A DNA stretch of 64,000 nucleotides from Candidatus Kerfeldbacteria bacterium (GTDB lineage Bacteria > Patescibacteriota > Patescibacteriia > UBA9570 > XYC2-FULL-38-9), in the NCBI GenBank assembly GCA_016182555.1, contig JACPGJ010000007.1:53-64052 (forward strand). Direction: 5' to 3'. Positions within the stretch are counted from its first letter, which is position 1; every line of letters begins with the position of its first letter. The notes under the pieces are model-generated. The model ran no database searches and had not been told where the DNA came from. It saw only the letters and a list, made by a program, of their open reading frames with translations. A program made the translations under genes and the position numbers. Positions 57,693-64,000 of the stretch are shown in pieces.

Positions 57693-58310
57693 ATGCCAAA
57701 AGGCAGGGGTGAAACGAGTTATAAAGATACTGCTTTTGGCATCATTCCTCGTTCAAAACTCATTCCATTAGAAATAGAGGGTATTAAACGTGTCTGGGAT
57801 TTTGTTTTACAGAAACGCCAACAATCTAAAATTCCACTTACTCCAGAATTTCTCAAAAAAATTCATCACGTGGGTTTTGCATGGATATTTCCAGAGATAG
57901 GAGGAAAATTTAGAACTATTGATGTTGAAGTCTCTTTACATACTCCTCCGAAATTTTATCTTGTACCCCAACTCATGAAAGATTTTTGTAATGACTTAAA
58001 AGAACGACTGAAGCATCTTCCATCTATTCAAGAAGAAAACTATCTTGATGAATTAAGTGAATTACTGGCATGGACGCATCACCGATTCCTGTGGATTCAT
58101 CCATTTGCAGATTATAATGGTCGTATTGGTCGTTTGTTAATAAACATTGTGTTATTGAACTTAGATTTGCCAACGATTGAACTACAAGTAGAAACTCCAG
58201 CTGCAAGAAAACGCTATGTGAAAGCGCTACAGGCTGCTGACGAGTATAATCTTGCGCCATTGAAAAAAATAATTGAAAAAGCAATTGAAGAAGCTGTTAA
58301 AGAAATTTAG
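57693..58310 (+). CDS. Fic/Doc-family protein
   Basis: GGKFRT, HHRFLWIHPFADYNGRIGR. Confidence 0.93.
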   Translation: MPKGRGETSYKDTAFGIIPRSKLIPLEIEGIKRVWDFVLQKRQQSKIPLTPEFLKKIHHVGFAWIFPEIGGKFRTIDVEVSLHTPPKFYLVPQLMKDFCNDLKERLKHLPSIQEENYLDELSELLAWTHHRFLWIHPFADYNGRIGRLLINIVLLNLDLPTIELQVETPAARKRYVKALQAADEYNLAPLKKIIEKAIEEAVKEI

Positions 58311-58430
58311 CCCAGGGTTTAATCATTAAAACCAAAAAACTAAATTCCCACGGATTACCATGCTGCATCCAAAAAGTTCGAAAAACGGAGTACTTGCCAC
58401 GCCACTGCTTCAATTCTAACTTCTTGCGCG

Positions 58431-59492
58431 CTAATCAATGACAGTAATATCTTTAATAGGGCTTTGGGTTTTATTGTCGTTTGCTTTTTTCAACACTGCT
58501 CGAAATGAAGCGTCATCACTTCCCATCTTCACCAATGTATCAAAACGTCCATTCTTTTTTGTTTTTAAGATTTTAAATTTTTGAAATTTTCCTTCAGCAT
58601 TCTTTTTCATTAATACAATACGTTTCCCCTTTTTACCGTTGTGTAACCAGCCATATAAACGCACTTTTGTGCCGGCTTCCACCCGCTCCTTGTTTGCACC
58701 CAAACTTAACGGTTGAGCTTCTCCTGCAGCAAAAGTTTTTGTAATCGTGGTGGTATCATCTTCGGCTGTGGTTTGGATTGCGTCTGTATCTGCCACTGTT
58801 TCTTCTGTAAATTGTGTTTGAATTCGGAATAACGCACCGTCACCTGTATCAGTCAATGAAATGCTTCTTTGATCATCATCTTCAAATAACACTAAATCTT
58901 CTTTTGTTGTCCCAAGAAAATCTATAAGAGCATTTGGTACAAAAAAATCAAAAAATCCAGTCGTGCCTTCCGAACCACTTAAACGAAACCCGAATTGCAT
59001 GTTCCCTTCTGAAGGTGGGATCATTTCCCATTGCATCAAATTTGTCGCCATATACATCCCTGCGGCTTCATTCGGTGGACCATCTTGCCCTTCTTCTGCG
59101 GCTTCTGCCATAGCAAGCATAATAATATTTATGCCTTCCGGTACTTGCCCCTCTGGCAACACCGCGCTTAAATCAGCGCTACTAACGTGTGCAGTCAATA
59201 GACTTGTTTCTGCATCATATTCCCATCCGGTCATGGAACCAATGGTCACCATAACAACAGGCACAAATCCGTGCGTGTCATACACCAAATCATATGTCGT
59301 GCCAACCGAATCACTCGTATAATAAGAAAAGATATACGTCGTTGATCCTTGTTCTTGTTCCTGGGGGTCCTCAGTGAGCGTGAGTGTATCTCCTCCGCTA
59401 ACGAGATCTACATTGACCTCGGCAAATGCCGAAGCGGGGAACAGCCAACCTGCAATACACAGGGTGGCAATGAGAGAATAAAATAATTTCAT
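58431..59492 (-). CDS. Secreted acidic protein with a basic Ig-like C-terminal domain
   Basis: Signal peptide MKLFYSL...AFA; C-terminal LGANKERVEAGTKVRLYG...KNGRF. Confidence 0.75.
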   Translation of the reverse strand: MKLFYSLIATLCIAGWLFPASAFAEVNVDLVSGGDTLTLTEDPQEQEQGSTTYIFSYYTSDSVGTTYDLVYDTHGFVPVVMVTIGSMTGWEYDAETSLLTAHVSSADLSAVLPEGQVPEGINIIMLAMAEAAEEGQDGPPNEAAGMYMATNLMQWEMIPPSEGNMQFGFRLSGSEGTTGFFDFFVPNALIDFLGTTKEDLVLFEDDDQRSISLTDTGDGALFRIQTQFTEETVADTDAIQTTAEDDTTTITKTFAAGEAQPLSLGANKERVEAGTKVRLYGWLHNGKKGKRIVLMKKNAEGKFQKFKILKTKKNGRFDTLVKMGSDDASFRAVLKKANDNKTQSPIKDITVID

Positions 59493-59527
59493 AGTTAACA
59501 TCTCAAACGAGAGATAAGTTCGCAGAA

Positions 59528-61006
59528 TCAGAGCTCTTGCAACAACTTCAACGCTCGAGCACGTGCGAAGTTTGCTGATTGCCAATGAGCACTCTGTTTT
59601 TCCAACCTCGCTTTCTGGTTCTGAAACAATTCTCGTAAAAATTCTGTATCTTCATCTGCTATTGTCTTATATAACTCAATTTTTTCAGATTCTGCATCGC
59701 TAGAAAGTGCCCCAACATACATCACATCAATTTTGCCTGTGCGGTGATATGCTTTCATATTATATCTCGCTATAAAAACGTCAGGATTCACTATGTTGAC
59801 TAGAATCAAAAAAGCAGCGAGTGAAAGCAGTGTACCAAAAGCGAAAAACTGTTCCGGTTTCGACTGTATGAATTTCACCGCCAGCACAACAAACAACACG
59901 AAGAGCAGCAGAATGAACCCAGCCACATAAAAACGCAATGTGGTCATGCCATACGCATCGATATACAAAGATAACCGTTTGAACGCTGAAACGATAATCA
60001 CAACGACTTCGATAATCAATACAAGTGCAGGTATCAAAAATTGTGTGTGGCGTTTTTGTTCACTACCTATTGATTCAGCCCCAGCATACTTTTCAGAAAC
60101 CAGCAACACAACCAAAGAAAGCAATGCGACCACCAGCAATTCCCAAAAACCCCGTCGCGCATATTCAGCATACGTGAACCCGGCATTCACAATGTTGGCT
60201 TCACCACCGAAGAGGTAGGTGATTTGGAAACCAATGAACACGAGAAACAGCACGGAGATAAGACCTAAAAACACGAGCACCTCTATCCCCTTGCCCGACT
60301 GCACAGCTGCTGCAGTATGAGATTGCTCACGGGACAACCCTGATTGATACTGTTTGGGAAAAAATATATAAGACAAAAAACACAACGCAGCGATAAACGC
60401 CATGAATAATAATACAAGATATTGCACCGACCTCTCCGAAATAGTGATATCGACAAAACGATTGATAAATTGTGAAAACGCCAAGTCTGCTTGTGAAAAC
60501 AGCGCGCCAAAAATAATCAATATCGGTACTGCCATGATCACTCCTTTCACGACACGGAGCCACATATCGCGGTGCTTGCTATTGCTATGAATCTGATTCA
60601 TTTGAGAGACAGTGAACAACACCCTGCCAAGCATTCGGAACGGCACAAAAATCATCAGCACAAGATAATCGCGCAGCTTCATGACGAACGCTGGTGTACC
60701 GGCGAGTCCATGAGCCAACAAGATCAATAAAGCGAATGTTGCACACACATTGAGGAATGTTAAAAATTCATTTGCACGTATGCCCGGCATGAGAGCAAAG
60801 AAGAGAATGAGCGCAAACAACCACCAGCTTTTTTTCAATAGTGCTCGCTGCTGCATACCAAGAAGCACTACCGCAACAAAAAGAGTGAACACAAAAATAG
60901 CAAACGAAATGCCAAGCGTCTTTTGAAAAAACAGGTAGTTAAAAATAAAAGCGAGAGCGAGGCTGGTGAGCATAATGTGTAACGCTTTACGCATGGTGGA
61001 GTTCAT
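59528..61006 (-). CDS. DUF4153/DUF4173 membrane protein
   Basis: TYAEYARRGFWEL, SAFKRLSLYIDAYGMT.LR, NPDVFIARYN, LSSDA. Confidence 0.88.
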   Translation of the reverse strand: MNSTMRKALHIMLTSLALAFIFNYLFFQKTLGISFAIFVFTLFVAVVLLGMQQRALLKKSWWLFALILFFALMPGIRANEFLTFLNVCATFALLILLAHGLAGTPAFVMKLRDYLVLMIFVPFRMLGRVLFTVSQMNQIHSNSKHRDMWLRVVKGVIMAVPILIIFGALFSQADLAFSQFINRFVDITISERSVQYLVLLFMAFIAALCFLSYIFFPKQYQSGLSREQSHTAAAVQSGKGIEVLVFLGLISVLFLVFIGFQITYLFGGEANIVNAGFTYAEYARRGFWELLVVALLSLVVLLVSEKYAGAESIGSEQKRHTQFLIPALVLIIEVVVIIVSAFKRLSLYIDAYGMTTLRFYVAGFILLLFVLFVVLAVKFIQSKPEQFFAFGTLLSLAAFLILVNIVNPDVFIARYNMKAYHRTGKIDVMYVGALSSDAESEKIELYKTIADEDTEFLRELFQNQKARLEKQSAHWQSANFARARALKLLQEL

Positions 61007-61034
61007 AGTGGTGTCTATGTTAATTGATCGATAT

Positions 61035-61238
61035 CTATTTTTTATATTCCAAAATGTCTCCAGGCTGACAACCAAGTGCCTCACAAATGGCTTCCAATGT
61101 TGAAAATCGAATCGCGCGTGCTTTTCCGTTTTTGAGAATAGAAATATTTGCCATGGTAATTCCCACCTTCTCGGCCAGCTCTGTCACGCTCATTTTCCGC
61201 TTGGCCAGCATCACATCAATGTTGATAACAATTGCCAT
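61035..61238 (-). CDS. Cro/C1-type HTH regulator (YozG-like)
   Basis: LAKRKMSVTELAEKVGITMANISILKNGKA...CQPGDIL. Confidence 0.92.
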   Translation of the reverse strand: MAIVINIDVMLAKRKMSVTELAEKVGITMANISILKNGKARAIRFSTLEAICEALGCQPGDILEYKK

Positions 61239-61247
61239 ATCCTTCTT

Positions 61248-61712
61248 TTACACCGTTAAATCATTCTCTGCCTTGATATCTACCGCATACTGTATGAGCC
61301 GTTGTAACACCGCCGCTGCAGTGGCGATAACAAATGAAGCAATAATAATAACCAGCGCGATGACTATTACACCTGGTGCGTCGTCTTTGTCAGCAACATA
61401 AAATATGTACGGCAGACCAACTGAATACAACCCACTGATGATAAGCGCGCAATATTTTATTACCCGCAACCCCTTCACCGATAATTCTGAAAAGACTGTA
61501 TTGTTGTCGATATAACTCAACAACTGTAACGTTTGATAGAGCGCAATAAAAAATGGAATTGCTGGTAGATACATCCCAATAAAAATAGGGCGATAACTTT
61601 CAAAATTTCCCCCAATAATTGCAGGGGGTAAGGCAAAAATGCACAACGCAAGGACGACAAGCCCAAGCAAGACCACGGCTCCACGTAAGATAATTGTTGA
61701 CCCGTGTTTCAT
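61248..61712 (-). CDS. DUF2975 membrane protein (YoaS-like)
   Basis: AIPFFIALYQ, FSELSV..L..IKYCA, DDAPG, IKAENDLTV. Confidence 0.9.
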   Translation of the reverse strand: MKHGSTIILRGAVVLLGLVVLALCIFALPPAIIGGNFESYRPIFIGMYLPAIPFFIALYQTLQLLSYIDNNTVFSELSVKGLRVIKYCALIISGLYSVGLPYIFYVADKDDAPGVIVIALVIIIASFVIATAAAVLQRLIQYAVDIKAENDLTV

Positions 61713-61985
61713 AGTAAAAAAGTCTTATCTATTTTTAATAAGCCTACAGTATACTATTATTTATTGTTTGTCAATAAATTATTATTGTTTCTTAATCTAT
61801 CTCCTCCATCTCATAAAATTTCAGATGAATCCTGTGCTAGACAGATATAGTATACATAAAAATTAGACAAATTATTAACTCTACACCTATGGCTGCAACA
61901 TATTACACACATTCCTACCCAGCAGATGCTGCGATAGCGTCAAGCTTTTGTGTGTAAGCGAATGAAGATAATTTCAACTCAACGT

Positions 61986-63221
61986 TTATTGCGCGCGTTG
62001 AGCTATGTTCAGGAACAGAATGGTTCGTTCATGAACCGGTTTTGGAAAGGTGAGTTGAATACTCTCCTGCTTACCGCCATGTACAGAGTTCACCCGCTGG
62101 CCAGAATTGGCAAGAATCAACGCATCGACCGGCAGTGTATATTCATCATCAGGAGTCATCACATACACCTCTTCACCTGCATATAACTCATTGTGTATCG
62201 TAAAGGTGGCGGTGTGTTCATCTATTTTTTTCTCCAGAATACCAACAAAGCGATACGCCGTTTTTTGTTTTCGGTTTTCCAAATTTTGCATCGGTGCGCC
62301 AAGAAAAAACCCCGTATCAAATGGACGAGAAGATGCCGCGAGCAGTCGTTCTCTCAATGCCGCAAGACGCTCTTGAATGTTTGGAGCATTCTGTTCAATC
62401 AAGTTCAGTGCGGCGCGATACGCTTTTACCACAAACGCCACATAAAATGGACTGCGACCACGACCTTCAATTTTGAGCGACACCACACCAGATTCAATAA
62501 TTTTTTGCACATGCTCGATCATGCACATATCGTGTGCATTAAAAATATAGGTTCCAAATTCATCTTCTTCTACACGCATTTTTTCACCCGGCCGTTGTGT
62601 TTCTTCTACTTCAATATATTTCCACCTGCAGGTATTCGAACAAGAACCAATATTTGCTCGACGAGGATAATTCATATACGAAGACAACATGCACCGTCCA
62701 GAATAGGCCATACATTGTGCTCCGTGAATGAAAGTTTCAATTTCAATATCCGGAACCGCTTCATGAATTTCTCGTATTTCTTTTATGCTTAATTCGCGAG
62801 CAAGAATAACCCGTTCGGCTCCGAGTTTTTTCCAAAACTGTACACCCGATGCATTCGTCACATTCGCTTGGGTAGAAATGTGAACAGGAAGTTCTGGTGC
62901 ATGCTCACGTACCAACATGAAAATACCGGGGTCTGAAACAATAAGCGCATCCGGTTGTAATTCGCGCAACTTGATCAATGCTTTTTTGACCGTGTCTAAA
63001 TGATAATTATGCGCAAAAATATTCATGGTCACGTAGACTTTTTTATGACGTGCATGAGCGTAGCGCACCACTTCTTCCAAATCTTCATAGGTGAAATTGC
63101 CTTTATGCTGACGCATGGCAAAAAAATTGGTACCACAATACACAGCATCTGCACCAAAATCAAGGGCATACTGGGCTTTTTGCAAATCCCCTCCTGGCGC
63201 TAATAATTCAATCTTTTTCAT
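61986..63221 (-). CDS. U32-family protein (TrhP/YegQ-like RNA hydroxylase)
   Basis: ELLAPGG, GADAVY, HISTQ, ILARELS, HGAQCMAYSGRC, CSNTCR, SLKIEGR. Confidence 0.92.
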   Translation of the reverse strand: MKKIELLAPGGDLQKAQYALDFGADAVYCGTNFFAMRQHKGNFTYEDLEEVVRYAHARHKKVYVTMNIFAHNYHLDTVKKALIKLRELQPDALIVSDPGIFMLVREHAPELPVHISTQANVTNASGVQFWKKLGAERVILARELSIKEIREIHEAVPDIEIETFIHGAQCMAYSGRCMLSSYMNYPRRANIGSCSNTCRWKYIEVEETQRPGEKMRVEEDEFGTYIFNAHDMCMIEHVQKIIESGVVSLKIEGRGRSPFYVAFVVKAYRAALNLIEQNAPNIQERLAALRERLLAASSRPFDTGFFLGAPMQNLENRKQKTAYRFVGILEKKIDEHTATFTIHNELYAGEEVYVMTPDDEYTLPVDALILANSGQRVNSVHGGKQESIQLTFPKPVHERTILFLNIAQRAQ

Positions 63222-63322
63222 GTTCTGTAGTATGGCACAGCATGAACATAAGGTCTAGGTACCTGAACTCGCTCCACCATGTGCTTGCTTTTTTAGTCAT
63301 AGCTATGTACAGTCTATACACT

Positions 63323-63667
63323 ATGAAAAATTTCAATCGAGCGAGTAGCGGAAGCGGTAACACAAAAAAAAATTTCAACCGATTTGCAAAGAAAGATAGC
63401 AGAAAACAGCCGTTTGACCACCAGCTGTATGAAGCCACCTGCGAATCCTGTGGAAAAACCTGCGGCGTACCATTTAAACCAAACGGGAAAAAACCAGTGT
63501 ATTGTAGCCTCTGTTTTAAGAAAGGAAAGCGGGAAGAGCTCCAGAGTGCCTATGGGAAAAATACTTTTCAAAAACCATCGTTATCAACATCGGATTCTTA
63601 TAAAACCGCATTTGATGAATTGAACAGAAAGTTGGATAAAATACTGAAGATGTTAGCAGAAAAATAG
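63323..63667 (+). CDS. CxxC-x17-CxxC domain protein
   Basis: ATCESCGKTCGVPFKP..KPVYCSLCF and a LNRKLDKIL tail; start MKNFN. Confidence 0.88.
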   Translation: MKNFNRASSGSGNTKKNFNRFAKKDSRKQPFDHQLYEATCESCGKTCGVPFKPNGKKPVYCSLCFKKGKREELQSAYGKNTFQKPSLSTSDSYKTAFDELNRKLDKILKMLAEK

Positions 63668-63711
63668 ACGAATAACACATTCGCGTCATGAAATATTGTT
63701 TCTATAGCTAA

Positions 63712-63855
63712 CGCAAGTCGCCCAACACACAACAACAACGGCTGATGTGGTAGGTAATATTTTTTATACAAATATTCTCCGTGGATATTTGGGTTGAAAC
63801 GCTGAATATCAATTCCGCACGAAACGGTTTGAACAGGTTTCGTGAAACCAATGCG
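63712..63855 (-). pseudogene. GT4 glycosyltransferase fragment
   Basis: Start-less frame RIGFTKPVQTVSCGIDIQRFNP...KKYYLPHQPLLLCVGRLA. Confidence 0.6.
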
Positions 63856-64000
63856 ATGTGACCAGACATAGTATTTATAGTAGCATATTTTACTACATCG
63901 TGTTACAAGGCTTCAGTCACTTTGCCAATGATGAAGAGGAAGATATACTACAAGTATAATTCGTTAAACATATTGTATGAAATATCACCAACTGACGAAA

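Larger units (their letters stand above)
57423..58404. mobile_element. Second tandem integrase-less element E2 carrying a Fic module
   Basis: Same left and right arms as E1; ends in ...acttgccacgcca, resembling a displaced tRNA end with CCA. Confidence 0.65.

Noticed and set aside
1-64000. CRISPR array, DGR, retron, prophage, rRNA, alternative genetic code
   Set aside because: No regularly spaced repeats, reverse transcriptase, cas, phage structural or rRNA sequence seen; TGA terminates conserved genes normally.

Overview
Bacterial chromosomal window in the standard genetic code (TGA is stop). Gene content and style point to a Patescibacteria/CPR organism; this is an inference. From left to right: the 5' part of a giant repeat-rich surface protein running off the left edge; a minus-strand housekeeping/fermentation block (rnhA, recJ, Nudix, prs, pfkB, gpmI, ADP-forming acetate-CoA ligase, eno, pgk, ndh); an M23/LGFP lipoprotein with a structured leader; an AT-rich island with three membrane sensor-type genes, a PLP enzyme and a GNAT; NYN and ssb; a two-pseudoenzyme operon; an ATPase/toxin-antitoxin region with GH13 and GH100-like hydrolases; hexokinase, recO, ileS, yggU, pgeF, GT4 and argS; then smpB-ssrA-infC-rpmI-rplT and tRNA-Asp. 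The most striking unannotated structure follows tRNA-Asp: two tandem, integrase-less inserted elements (about 52620-57422 and 57423-58404). They have homologous left arms, homologous right arms and an attP-like junction. Each begins with a toxin-antitoxin-like module, and the first carries TrmB-regulator/orphan-gene cassettes delimited by a second repeat motif. All product calls come from motif recognition by eye; no database searches were run.
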